A stretch of DNA of 62,799 bases, counting the filler, from Hausera hauseri (taxonomy: Eukaryota), in the NCBI GenBank assembly GCA_046269625.1. It is 11 parts of 11 records of this genome, joined end to end, with 100 filler letters (N's around TTAATTAATTAA, not from the genome) between each part and the next. Parts side by side here need not be neighbours in the genome. Positions count along the whole stretch, not along the records: positions 34,922 to 41,404 come from JBJURY010094876.1; positions 41,505 to 45,944 come from JBJURY010580890.1; positions 46,045 to 50,306 come from JBJURY010669885.1; 8 more parts are not named here. One strand, 5' to 3'. Below the pieces are notes generated by a model that was not told where the DNA came from, ran no database searches, and was given only the letters and a program-made list of their open reading frames with translations. Every line of letters begins with the position of its first letter. Positions within the stretch are counted from its first letter, which is position 1. Of this stretch, positions 34,922-47,390 are shown one piece after another. The position numbers and the translations under genes were made by a program.

Positions 34922-37820
34922 ATTACACTGAGAGTGATACGCGGTAGTTGTTAATCGTTTCTATTTCAAATATCCTGGTAATCTTCTCGAAGAGTTCACT
35001 GGTAAAATTTCTTCCGCGATCCGTTAATATTTGGTCTGGTGGTCCATGTCGACAAATAATTTTTCTTACTACGGCTTCTGCCAAGGTTTCTGCCTTTTGG
35101 TCAATTAACGCTGTCAACTCGACAAAATGAGTTAGTCGGTCAATACAAGTTAAGATGTACTTATTGTTCTTGTGAGTCGTAGGAAGAGGTCCTACTACAT
35201 CCATTGACATGGCTTGCATAGGGATATCCGACACATTGATTGGTTTTAATTCGGCCATGTAGTTTTCCATCCTCTTTTGTTTAGTTCACATACTTCACAA
35301 GCTTTTACCCAATTCTTTACATCAATATAGATAATGGGCCAAAAGTATTTATTCAATATTCTTTCTAATGTCTTCTCCCAGGATATGTGTCCTGCTAAAT
35401 ATGAATTATGTTCCGACATTAGCACTTCGGTTTGTAAACCTTTTGGAATAACTATCAGTTTCCTTCCTTTCCGTTTGTAATATAAAATATCCTTATTGCT
35501 CTTGTCATTTAAGACGCAGTATTTATGTCCATGTCTGTGTAAGTATTTCTTTAATTGTCGTCCCTTTGGTATGATATCCTTTTTAGAAAATTCTATAATT
35601 TGCTGAATAACTTTATCCTTTCTTTGTTCTGTGGAGATTTTAATTGCTTTATCCATCGTTAAGACGCGTTGGCGGTCTATTATTTCCTAAAGTTGACTTT
35701 TCTTCATTACCATGATTGCGCTCGTTTTGGTCTTTAATCTTGATAGTGCATCGGTATCTACATGTTTATTTCCTGGCTTATACTGGAATTCGATATTGTA
35801 TCTAGAGGTTTCTTCGGTCCATCTGTTAAGTCTGATGTCGGGTTATTTGCTCGGCCTTTTAAAGTCGTGACGGCTTTGTGATCAGTGACAATTATAATTT
35901 TCTGCCCGCATACGTAAACGTTGAAGTGTCTAAGTGCTTCTTTTACGGCTAGAATTTCTAATGCGGTAACAGAATAATTTTTCTCGGCACTCTTCAAGGA
36001 ACGTTCTCCATAAGCAATTGGGTATTCTAATTTTTCACCTTTTTTTCTCTGGGCTAATTCATATCCAATGCCTTCTTTACTGGCGTCTGTCATGATTATA
36101 AAGGGTAAGTTAAAGTCTGGGTACCGTAAAACAGATTAGCTTGTTAATATCTTCTTCATCTCGTCGAAGGCTTTTTGTTCGACGTCGGTCCATTTCTATT
36201 TAATTCCTTTTTTAAGTAGACGATATAAAAGTGCATTAATTTTCGAATTATCTGGCACACAGGTGGCGTAATATCCGCACAGTCCTAGCCAGTGCCTTAA
36301 TTCTTTCTGGTTTTATGGTTCCATGCAATCTGATATTTTGTTTAATAACGATTTATCTGGTTTCCATCCTCCTTCTCTAACTATATGGCCAAGGTAGGAT
36401 ACTGCATTCTGAGACAATTTACATTTTTTCGGATTTAATTTCAATCCGGCTTGTTCCAAACGCATCACCGTGTGTTCAATATAATTTAAGTGTTCCTCTT
36501 CTATCCTTGACACTATCATTACGTCATTCAAATATGCAAAAGCATGATCTAATTTCACTAGCATTCTATTCATCATCCTTGTAAAGATGGCTGGTCCGGT
36601 AGTAATACCGAATGGCATGACATTAAATTCATAGACGCCATCATGTGTCTTGAACCGCGTTTTATATCGATCTTTGTCCTCGATTTCTACTTGCCAATAT
36701 CCGGATTGTAAATCCAGGGTGGTAAACCATTTTGCTCCTGATAATCTGTCTAAAGCCTGTTTTACTGATGGTAATAGGAAAGAATCTTTCATCATAAGAT
36801 TATTCAATGCCCTGTAATCAATGCAGAATCGATGTTTCGTAGTACATTTCTTTCTAACAATAAGGATGGGTGAATACCAAGATCTATAACTGGGCTTAAT
36901 TATATCGGCCTTAAGCATCCGTTCGACTTCTTTTGTTACCTCAGGTCTCAGAGAGTGAGGTGGAGGATACCATTTCGTCATCTTCTGATCCTCAAGATCT
37001 ATTTCTTCGTTTGAACCAGGCTTTTTCTTAAGCGGAATAGTCAATTTTAATGCTTTTGCTCTACCAATATCTTCGTCGTCTTTAGCAATGACTGATTAAT
37101 AGCAGCACAGGAATTCATAAAATCGACATGAGGTGGAAATTCGGCATACTTGTAAGGCTTTTCTTCAATAGTTATCGACGACACTATATACGTATCTCCT
37201 AGAGTAGTGTAAGCATGAAGCTTTACGGGGTTCTGTACGTTGTTTGCTATACTGATTGGTATACGACCGGAGTGTACTCTTGTCAGTACGTTACATATTT
37301 GGATTTAATGTTTCCTTTCGTTCAAAATATACCGACTGATCGTCATCTTGCTGAATTTGTGCGTAAATTATTATGTCCGTTCTCGGTGGAATATTTTCGT
37401 CTACTGTTATCCACACTTCTCCAAATTTCCTATCCTTAGCGTTCTTTACTCCTTTATTTGGTCTGATTTTTATTAACTTTCCTGTTTGTAAGTCAATTGC
37501 TATATTTTGTAGTCTTTTTAGTAGATCACATCCGAAAACTATGTCGTCAGTTAATTGTTCCATAACTGCAAATTCGTGACGGAAAAACTGTCCAACTATT
37601 TGAACTTCTGGGTTCCATTTAAACATCGGTTTCGACATTTGGCCAAAAGCTCCTGTACTTCCTGGGTCTTTTATAGATGGTGGGTATAATTGTCCCCTCA
37701 GCGTTTGAGGAATTGAATCATTTTTGATGTAAGACATCTCAGAACCTGTATCGATTAATGCATAAACTTCCCAATCTACAATAATGATTTTGGCGAAAGG
37801 TCTTCCTTCTATTACTGTTC
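34922..37820 (-). mobile_element. Ty3/Gypsy pol (PR-RT-RNaseH-INT), decayed, copy B, same family as 8082-11110
   Basis: YALIDTGS; RFCIDYRALN, LDLQSGYWQV, FAYLNDV; TDASKEGIG, TDHK; H...GH...CEVC; MSMDVVGPLP, ILTDRGRNFTS. Collinear with copy A. Confidence 0.95.
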
Positions 37821-38237
37821 CAAAACAGTTTGATGCAACTTTTTGGCGATTAGTCGCCGATATTTAATGTCCGTTGATTCGGATTTCTGGGCAGGATACT
37901 ATATTTTCCGACAGTTGTTTTAATTCTCCTTTTGGATATAATTCATTGTTTTCTATGTTCAATTCTTCCGTTTCATGTGTACTAATTAATGGTTCTCGAT
38001 CGTTAGTATGTGGTTCTATATTCTGGTAGGTTTTTAACATTGGAATTTCTCAGACAGTTGATCTAGTTTCTATATTCCGAGGTTCTCTCGGGGAATACAA
38101 TATTCTGGGGTCGTCGAGGGGCTGTCGATACACATGTTCCTTAGGACTCCGTAACGTTTCGTTCCTGCATAAGGGTCTTCTAAACTAATTGTCATTTTCT
38201 AGATTTCTGTCTTATATGAACTCATTGATTGTTTGTC

Positions 38238-40311
38238 ACAGTCCTCATAGTCTGGAGCGGTAGGGAGTAGCATATGCAATGGTGATTTAATGACCGAATA
38301 CGTCTTATGTCTGTTTGTTCCTAAAAGTATTTCTCCTCTCTTAGGCTCGTCATCATCTGAATTATTTCTTCGCGTATTAGGTTTTCTAAATTTCTGCTGT
38401 GTAAGAACATAGGCCTTCCTTTCCGTTTACGATTATAATAACCGACATGACGTTCTACATCTTATTTCCATCTATTTTCTTCGTATGTCTTTAAGACCTT
38501 TCCAAAGGGCTTTATGATTGCAGTCAGTATTTTGCATGAAAATCCGCTCAATGTAAATATTTTATACCCATTTATTAATGCTTGGATGACTTCCTTAATC
38601 ATTTGTATCAAAAAATATATTGCTAAGAATCCGCATGCGGCTTGGCCAAAGATCAAAAATCTTCCACAAATTTTGTATAGTATTTCTGTGGTTACTCGCT
38701 GATAATGGTTTATGCCAAGTAATGATTCCCATTTAGCTTGGTATCGCGTGTCATCCACTACAGAGGCCATGGCTCGACTTAATTCATGTGTTTGTTGTCG
38801 CTGAAAAGCGAGAAATTGTCGGAAAGCTTCAATTTCTTTAGGTCTGTACATATCCTTCGATGAGGTGTCTTGAAACTTGTCGTCTATAATTTCTTTTGCG
38901 AGATTTGTTCCCGTTAATTTATTTGGAGAAGCAGTAATACCTCCATTTGGCAGACTAATCCAATCTGTTTCGTTACGTCTAAACATCGGTTCTCCTAAGC
39001 TTGCTTTGCGATCTTTAAGGATTGTTGGTTCAGTTGCATTGTCTAATAGTACTCTAGTGAGTGGCATGGATAACCTTGGAATATTCTGGTAAATAACGGG
39101 AAGTTCACGCATGCAACGTTTTTCTTCAACGGTGAGTGGGACATCTCTTTTCTCACATTCGTAAGTCAATAGTACTTCACCGGTAACTCGACCAAAAATT
39201 CATTCTCTCATAGGAATTATAAGGGATGCCAACTCAGGGTTAGCGTAAATAAGAGGCAGTTTTATCCTCATGATTTCCATATCCAATTTACAATCTTCTG
39301 TTATCATTTTATGATATAACTTGGTTATTCCGACTTGCCCTTTGTAATAGAAATAATCATTACTGTTTTACAGATAATCCTAAATTCGGATATCCTGCGT
39401 TTCTAGTTTATAAGTCTTTGCATTTATTTCTGTTTCTGCGACAAAAATGCCTCATAGTTAATAACGAACATCATTACTTCACAACGAGAAATCATTTCTT
39501 TCTTAATACATTTTAGTCCATGCTGATCAGAGATTAATATAATGGGCGTAGGATGTTCTGATACGACTTCGCGTGTCCTTGAGTTGGTATCGGATTTATC
39601 CAGGTATCGCTTTCCGGTAGTTTCATTAAACTTTAATTCCTTAATTTTGATAAAATTACAGTTTCTTCCAGAGGGAGGTTACCATATTATAACGGAACTT
39701 CTAAAAGCATAGGTTCCGTCTTGTAAATGACACTTTTGATTCTCGGTATATAGTTTAGTGACACTATGGAACATTACTTTCTGTGCTCGCATCTCTGATT
39801 CATAGAAATCCACGACCACTACATTTGCTTGTAATCCTTTTCCGGTGTCGTATTCCGCTCCGTTACAATGTCCTTTATGTATATCTAACCTTCCGACCAC
39901 TACATTGTATGCCCTAATTATCTTTCCTGGTTGCATTTCTAATTCAATACTGTCCCATTGTAATCTTCCTGTCTTCTTAGCATGTTTGCAGTGCTGGCGT
40001 TCTAAGTTCATCGGAATTGGAGGAATTGTTGGTTTGATTACTGAAGAATGTCCGTGTATTAATCCACAGTGAAAAGTGCTTCGAGACCGTCTCAGCATAC
40101 ATTCTATTCCATCTAATGATATCAATTCTTGTTGTTGGTACAGAAAATAATTTTTCTCTCTCGTTTCTAACTTGTGCGGCCTGGCATCTTAGCACACTTC
40201 CAAATCCATTAGGGAATATCTCTGCCCTAGTTTAAACTTATCGCAGTCGTAGACGGCAACAGCGCCTATGTGCCTTATTAGCATCATAAAGGTGAGTAAT
40301 CTGATTAGCCA
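38238..40311 (-). pseudogene. Chuvirus-like (class III) envelope glycoprotein, complete but decayed, copy B
   Basis: Signal-like WLIRLLTFMMLIRHIGA then VAVYDC; C....RSTFHCGLIHGHSS; CKHAKKTG; GHCNGAEY...NVVV; GRVTGEVLLTYEC; CMRELPV; MYRPKEIEAFRQFLAF; TM FLIFGQAACGFLAIYFLIQMIK. Cys and motif order is that of chuviral G. Confidence 0.85.
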
Positions 40312-41037
40312 ATTTGATTCGTTTTTCCGGTTATTATTATCAGTTGTTAGCAAATTATGTAGCATATCTTCCGGCCCATTGGTATTCCTGGGTCGTTTGT
40401 CTTCTTCTTTGTCAAATAGTCTCGATCAATTTACTTCGCAGGGTAGCTTTCTCGCCGCTCTTCGTGATAAGCTTGTAGCTCTATTAATTTCATTCTCTCG
40501 ATTAGGGTTTACCTTGATAGCTAAGTATAGTAATAATTTTCTTAATTCTTCAATGGTGTTTTCTACCATGATCTTTTCGATTACCGATTCGTCGGTTAAG
40601 TTACTTTTCGATAGTTTAAAACGTCAACTTTTCATCATTCTAGCTGCACTGAACATTGCTTTTTCTTTGTCATCTAATGTGTTATTTCGAAAGCTTGAAT
40701 AATTTACAATACGTATTAAATTCTTATTAATTCGTTTAATTCGTCACTGTAAGTGCTGAAAGTAGGAATCGACAATTGTCTGAACTCTCTAATCAATTCT
40801 CTATTATGATCAATTGCCGCTCATGTCTTCTTAAGACTACCGACTGGGCGTTTCTGTCTTGGGACATTGGCTATCATTTCACTCAGCGGCACTAAATTCT
40901 TGTCGTATTGTTCCTTGTCCTCATCCGTTTGTAAATACTCGAAATACATTGCAGCACCTCGGACTCACATGATTTGTCCTACGCATTGTTCCGTCTTGGC
41001 CTTACGCATGGCTTCTTCTTTTGTCTGTTCATTGGCT

Positions 41038-41260
41038 ATTATTACTACTATTTAATTTGTTTCGTCGGGGATAATCCCTACATCTACTAATTGTTCTAAA
41101 TCGTTGAGTATTCTACCTCTAAAGTAAAATTTATAATTTAGCTCATTTGTTCCGCTATTATTTAATAACCATTCTCTTACGTCCCTTACATAGGAATATG
41201 TAGTTAACTCACATTTTTTTCGCACATCCACTCGGATGATACCATTACTTTCATCGTTAT
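41038..41260 (-). pseudogene. Ubiquitin-like domain without diGly, upstream of the glycoprotein
   Basis: Manual translation with one frameshift at the T-run ~41214-41220: ITMKVMV...ELTTYSYVRDVREWLLNNSG...YKFYFRGRILNDLEQLVDVGIIPD..*IVVII. Compare ubiquitin [20 protein letters not shown]. Confidence 0.55.
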
Positions 41261-41941
41261 TTCAGGTTTAGTCCTTAAGATTTTAGAGTATTTCCTTATC
41301 AAAAGTTTCGGCACCGTGCTATAAATTGTATTCTCACTAGATAATTTAGTTAAGGTCGGAATAAGTTGTCTTAACTTACTTTCAGTAATATTTACGTTAA
41401 TTAGNNNNNNNNNNNNNNNNNNNNNNNNNNNNNNNNNNNNNNNNNNNNTTAATTAATTAANNNNNNNNNNNNNNNNNNNNNNNNNNNNNNNNNNNNNNNN
41501 NNNNACAAAGAATAAGAAAAAAACCAAGAGTTTTTGGTAGAGAGAAAAAAAAAAAAGGGTGAATCTTTGTAAAGATATTAAAGGGTTTGTTTCTCTAGAA
41601 TTTTTGTAGATACCTATAACGGTGTCTGACAGAGAAATAATATACTTATAGAGGTTCTTGAAAAGGCTGAGAAAGAAACCTTTATAGAGTTTTTGGAGGA
41701 GCTACTGGTTCTAGGAGAAATCCTAGAGAAGACCTTATCGGCGCATAAGGCAGGTAGATTCTTACAGTTTTGGTTTTTCTAAAACGGGTAACCAGACCTG
41801 TAAGGATAACCTAAAGCCCTTTATAGGAAATAAAGGCCCGTCTTAAAGTAATAGGAGGCAGAGCGATCACAAAGCTGATGTTGTGAATTCTGTGAAGACG
41901 TTTGCAGTCTAAAGCGGATATCCCACCCAATTTCAGAAGAA

Positions 41942-42629
41942 ATGGGTCAAAGTAGCTCCCAGGTCGGATCTCCCCCACAGGGCGAATTGTTTGACTTCAT
42001 GATAACAAAATATGGTAAAAAAAAGTGTGTATGGAGTGAATGAATGGATAAAAAATGGCATTTTTCCTGCAGGCGGCACATGGAAGCTAAATGTTTTGAA
42101 AAGAATAGAAATAGAATTAAAAATCAGAGACATTAAACTGAGAGAGGCAAAACACATACAAACAAAAAGTCTGCTGCAGCTTGAAAAACAGAAAGAATGT
42201 TTGGAATGCTGGATGAAAGAGAGTGACAGCAGAGAGCGAAAGAAACATGCTAAAGAAATGGCTGGGAGTAAAGATAAATCTGGTGTTATTACTGGGCGAC
42301 AGGACAATGCTTCTATCTCTTCAACGCAATCTGAAAATGTTTCTGCTTTTAAGACTGTAATTACAACAGAAAGAATTAAACCACCACCTTATAATTGTCC
42401 TAAAAATTCTTCTTCTGTTCCTGAACATATGTACCCGGACTTGAGCGCGCTGTCCATCTTGGATTCTGACCTTGACGCCTACCCAAATCCACGGCCCCGA
42501 CAAGCGAGAACTCCTTCTCCAACTCGGGACGCAACGTCTGAGCAACCTCTGAAGGAAAAAAAACTGACCTTTCCCCAATACCACCCACACAGACAACTGA
42601 AGCCTCTCAAGCATCAACATCAGCATTAA
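41942..42629 (+). pseudogene. Endogenous retrovirus gag N-terminus (gamma/epsilon-like matrix and late domains)
   Basis: MGQSSSQ myristoylation motif at 41942; frameshift at the A-run ~42017-42024; W..NGIFPAGGTW matrix-like motif; PPPY and YPDL late domains. Confidence 0.7.
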
Positions 42630-42684
42630 CAGCAACACCAACAACTTATATCAAAGAGAAGACTTTTGCCAGCTCCTTCAGAAA

Positions 42685-43971
42685 ATGACGGTGTTGGAGT
42701 TAAGAATGCATTATCTTGAGGAGATGAATGCTTTAAAGGACTCAACATGCGTGCATATCGGGGAGGAGGCTGAGAGGAAAGGTCGGCTTGACGAGGAGAG
42801 GGAATCTGTGTCTGACAGCAAAATGGTATGGAACTCTCTTGGTGCTAAACCAAAAAATCTTTCGGGGAGAATCCAGCTTCTGGACAACAACGAATGGCCA
42901 GAGTTGCAAAGAAATGCTTTTTCTCCGCCAGCGAGGAGAAACACACAACGGCAGGCTGGAATCAAAATAATTGATAAGGCAGACGGAGCAGTAATTCTTC
43001 AAAACAGATTCACGCCACTGGAAGAAATTGGTGAGTCAGCACAAAGTTCTTCTTCTTCTGATATCGGAGAGGGACCTGAGAGGGTCAGCTCAAGACGAAG
43101 ACAAGTCCAGAGAGAGACTTTCAAGAATCAAGAAATGCTGATTATCACAGATAAAATGGTGAATGAGCTCAGATGCTTTTGGAACAAGAAAAAAGTGAAA
43201 GTTCTGAGTTTTGCTGATAAAGTGTCTGATCTCACAGAGAAGATCCTGGAAATCACAGCTGATTATCCAGATCTGAAGACGCTCATCATTCATGCAGGAA
43301 ATGATGAAATTATGGACAGACAGTCAGAAATTCTGAAGAAGAATTTTACTGAGTTGCTGAATGCAATTCAGAATCTCAACATGAATGTGTTTATCAGTGG
43401 TCCAGTTCCGGCAGCCCGAGGAGGGGCTGAAAGATTCAGCAGAATCTTCAGTTTCCATAACTTTTTGGAAAAGTTATGTGCTGACCACTCTGTGAAATTT
43501 GTGGACAACTTTGATCTATTCTGGGAGAGACGACATCTGTTCAAGTCTGATGGACTGACTTTGAATCGATCTGGAGCTGAGTTGTTGTCGTCAAATATCA
43601 AATACTTCGTGAATCAAGTTCCGGCTGGACACAAACAACAGGAGAGTGACCAGGTGAAGGCTGATCCTGAAGGACAACAGGAGCAGACGCAGACAGCAAG
43701 GGAACACACTGTACAAGCTACTGATAAGGCTGCTGCAGAACCAGAGAGGGAGTCACGTCAACCCGTTGAACCGGAAGAGCTGGATTCATCGACGTCACCC
43801 ACAGAGGAACCTGAGAAGGAGTTCCCCCAACCTACAACCAAGAAAAAAGTGTTTCGTGTCGGAGACCACCTTGATGACCCTGTGGAACGAGCAGAGTGTC
43901 GTTTGGACTTTCGCACACGGCTACAGAACCATTATGAGAAGAATAAAAATGGATTCACCTATCCAGGTTGA
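42685..43971 (+). CDS. SGNH/GDSL esterase-like protein of the L2/CR1 LINE ORF1 type, catalytic residues lost
   Basis: LQNRFTPL; LIITDKMV (GDS replaced by TDK); IIHAGNDEI; VFISGPVP..ERFSR; FVDNFDLFW..LFKSDGLTLN (DGLH replaced by DGLT). Confidence 0.85.
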   Translation: MTVLELRMHYLEEMNALKDSTCVHIGEEAERKGRLDEERESVSDSKMVWNSLGAKPKNLSGRIQLLDNNEWPELQRNAFSPPARRNTQRQAGIKIIDKADGAVILQNRFTPLEEIGESAQSSSSSDIGEGPERVSSRRRQVQRETFKNQEMLIITDKMVNELRCFWNKKKVKVLSFADKVSDLTEKILEITADYPDLKTLIIHAGNDEIMDRQSEILKKNFTELLNAIQNLNMNVFISGPVPAARGGAERFSRIFSFHNFLEKLCADHSVKFVDNFDLFWERRHLFKSDGLTLNRSGAELLSSNIKYFVNQVPAGHKQQESDQVKADPEGQQEQTQTAREHTVQATDKAAAEPERESRQPVEPEELDSSTSPTEEPEKEFPQPTTKKKVFRVGDHLDDPVERAECRLDFRTRLQNHYEKNKNGFTYPG

Positions 43972-44059
43972 ATAAAAATTGAATAATATTAACACTTATT
44001 AATTAATAAATAATATTAGTATTCAACTTCGAAGGCCAATCGAAAACCAAACCTGGCTT

Positions 44060-44372
44060 AAGGAGGCGTGATAAATATGAATGTGAGTGTTTAAAGCCTT
44101 CAGATCCCACGGTAAGGGTTAACGGTTTTCTCCTCCCAAGAAAGCTCTGGACATGCCGAAATCGACTTATCACAGGCCACGGTAGATGCGCTGAACTCCT
44201 ACACAAATGGGGATGGGTTGCCTCCCTGGAGTGTGACTGCGGAGCGCCAGTACAGAGCACACACCATCTTATGACTGACTGTGCCAGAGGGTTCGCTGGC
44301 ACTATCAAAGATATATTTGACGTCACTGACGAGGCCCAAGATTGGCTTATTAATTTGGACATAGTGTTATAG
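44060..44372 (+). mobile_element. Non-LTR retrotransposon 3' end (Ingi/Vingi-like C-terminal zinc knuckle)
   Basis: GFLLPRKLWTCRNRLITGHGRC..LHKWG..ECDCGAPVQSTHHLMTDC...WLINLDIVL*. Confidence 0.75.
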
Positions 44373-44449
44373 AGGCAGCATATTTATTATTGATCACGCA
44401 CACTAGAATGAACTCCTGTTTTTTTTCAAACGATATATATATTATTGTT

Positions 44450-44580
44450 ATATATATAAAAAAAAATGAATTGCTGTTCCTTAGTCTCGCTAAAACTCGA
44501 GAACGGCTGGACCGATTTGGCTAATTTTGGTCTTGAATTATTTGTGGAAGTCCAGGGAAGGTTTAAACGGTGAGTAAATA
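44450..44580 (+). mobile_element. 5' end of a non-autonomous Helitron-like element of the insect type
   Basis: ATATATATAAAA..TGAATTGCTGTT..TAGTCTCGCTAAAACTCGAGAACGGCTGGACCGATTTGGCTAATTTT, recognised from memory. No 3' CTAG or hairpin end was located. Confidence 0.55.
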
Positions 44581-46237
44581 TGATAAAAATACTAGGACTT
44601 TAATAAAAACAACAATTTTGTTTTTCCTAGGAATGGTCGATTATTATCAATTAACATCGATGTTTAGAGCTCGATAAACGGCTATCGATGTCATTATCGA
44701 CGTTTTATAATAACAAATTCATGTTTTTGAAACGTGGGTGATCCCTACTTTGTTTCTGTTATAAATTAAAATTCTGAACGCAACCATATTAATAACACTT
44801 GACCACCTATATTTTATCTGTGTTGTATTTAATGTAGATAAATATATTATATTAATTTGTATTGTAAACGAGTTTCAAATTAAAACCGAAGAATTTCATA
44901 TACTCCCAGTGAAAACATATAGTGACTATATATATATTACATTGGAGTGAAAATATTTGAATAAAACTGGAAAAATCGTGCTGAATAAGCCTATTTTCCG
45001 TTCCACAGGGGGGTCAATTTTTTAGCTAAACAAATAAAACACAAGTGTGATGTTTTCAGCTAAACAAGAAATACATGTGTGAAAGTGTATAGTTCCACGA
45101 ACAAGACACATTTGATAGTATATTGTTAAAGAGGAAATGTGCACGTGAAAATTTACAATTGAACTCATAGTACACTCAGTTACACAAATAATACACATAC
45201 CAAAGTTTAGAGCTAGTAAATAATACACGTGTGAATTTGTATAGCCAAAGAAGAGTTACGCATGTGGAACGTTACGATTACCAATGAAACCAAAATACAT
45301 AAAATAATAAAGAAAGAGTTTTTAACTTAGATTCAGATAGCTTAGGGATAATTAGTATCACGGCCATAAATACTACGCTGATAAAAACCTCACAGCACAT
45401 CCACGCTCTGGTATCTGGAAGCAAAAGCCGATAGGAAGATTGCCATTAGTTAATCGTCAGATCATCATCCACCGCACTTCGCACATGTTCTGAAGTGCAC
45501 CAATCTAATCTTTAATATATCCGCTAAGACGCAACCCGTGACAGTTGTACCTTTGTAATGGCTAATTCTTCGTCTTCTGTCACCCAAACAGTGATGTCTA
45601 TCAACAAATAATAACAATTCAATCTTTCTCAATCGTCTTAAATCTTAACATTTCTAACTCAATATAACAATTAACAATGCTTAATATAGCACGTTATTGT
45701 TATAGCACTAGCTTTGCTCTCTGCCTTGGTCTAGTCCTTAATGGCGACAAAGAATCAGTGCTATTATCCCGCTCCGGGAAGCGAGTCCTAAGCAATAACC
45801 CCTTGGTGGTGGGACTTAGGATCTATAATTTAAGGTTTCCTTCAAATCGATGTGAACCTTCATCTTCACAGTTAGGGAATAAGGGGCGGAAACTCTCAAA
45901 GTATGTCAGTCAAGGCAACACTGCCTTCTCGTAGTCATCCTGTTNNNNNNNNNNNNNNNNNNNNNNNNNNNNNNNNNNNNNNNNNNNNTTAATTAATTAA
46001 NNNNNNNNNNNNNNNNNNNNNNNNNNNNNNNNNNNNNNNNNNNNTAGTTTCGGAACGGGTACAGACGAACTGAAATCAAAAAAATGAAAAGTTACAGAAA
46101 ATTAAACCGTAGTCTAAAAGTACAGCACAATAGGCTCTGTGCACATGCGTCCTGAATCTTCCGCTTTGACCGGATGTCGGCATTCCAGTTTCCGGTTTAA
46201 TTCCTGTATCCTGTCATCCCAGAGATAAACAACAAAA

Positions 46238-46870
46238 ATGAGTGTTGCTGCGTCAAATAAACAAAAATATAACGTGCGTGGCAGCTTTAGATTTCAGCCG
46301 ACGGTGTTTGGGTCTAAGGAACACTGTTGTGTGCCGCTTTGCTCGTCTTCAGGTCGCTATAATAGCTGTTTGAGCTTTCACCGTTTCCCTAAGGAGACAA
46401 GCCTTCATTTGTGCTGGCTGCAAAAAATCAGAAGAGAGGGATTTACGGTAACTCCTCACACCAAGGTATGTAGCCGACATTTCCTGGAGAATGAAGTAAT
46501 TACTACAGAAAAGGGAAGACGAATTTTAGCAGCTGGGTCGGTTCCATCATTATTTGAGTGGAACAAATACAGCAGGAAGACACGAGCAGGTGTTTGGGAG
46601 CGCCGTTGTCGACCATCTAATCCAGAACCTGATTCGGCGGATCCAATTGAGGACAATGAACCACCCGTCATGGTACCTATGGTCGTGGACCATGACTACG
46701 GCGCTAGCAGAACCGTGTGTGTTGACCGGGAGCAATATCACAGCATGCTGAGAGAAATTGAGCAACTGAAAGAGCAGCTCCGATCCTGTAGTCTTCAAAA
46801 GCCGTTTGGACTGGAACGTTTTTCTACGTCACCAGAAGACATCAGATTTTACACCAGGTCAGAGTTGTAA
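46238..46870 (+). mobile_element. THAP-domain first exon of a PIF/Harbinger (ISL2EU-like) transposase
   Basis: CCVPLC, FHRFPK, W, VCSRHF, SVPSLF (C2CH THAP); DHDY motif; coiled coil; FGLERF..DIRFYT followed by a GT donor. Confidence 0.8.
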
Positions 46871-47256
46871 AATCTAAATATTACGTTATGCCTCTGAAAA
46901 AAAATGTATACGCTTTGAACTATTGTATATTTTGTCACATTACAACCAAAAACAATTTCATTGTAATTTTCTTTGAGAGACCAACACAAGTACACACTTT
47001 TACTAGTGGAAATGAANNNNNNNNNNNNNNNNNNNNNNNNNNNNNNNNNNNNNNNNNNNNNNNNNNNNNNNNNNNNNNNNNNNNNNNNNNNNNNNNNNNN
47101 NNNNNNNNNNNNNNNNNNNNNNNNNNNNNNNNNNNNNNNNNNNNNNNNNNNNNNNNNNNNNNNNAAAGTGTGGTGTCTCCCTTTTCTGTAACCAATATTC
47201 CTTCAGAAATAGCTTTAATGATTACAAATGACTATGGAGTCCACCCGTGTGTAAAC

Positions 47257-47355
47257 TAGGGATGCACCGATCCACATTTCTTACCTCCGATCCGATCCGA
47301 TACTTACGAACTGGGCATCGGTCGATACCAATACCTTCCCGATCTGATACCGTTC
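47257..47355 (+). mobile_element. hAT-like transposon end
   Basis: TAGGGATGCACCGAT followed by repeated CCGAT/CCGATAC subterminal motifs. Confidence 0.5.
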
Positions 47356-47390
47356 AGGTATATGAGGCTGTAATAAATTAGCCAGCCACT

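Noticed and set aside
40268-40702. 144-aa hydrophobic plus-strand ORF, and similar antisense ORFs over pol and PolB
   Set aside because: Shadow ORFs of the minus-strand coding frame, with no independent motifs.
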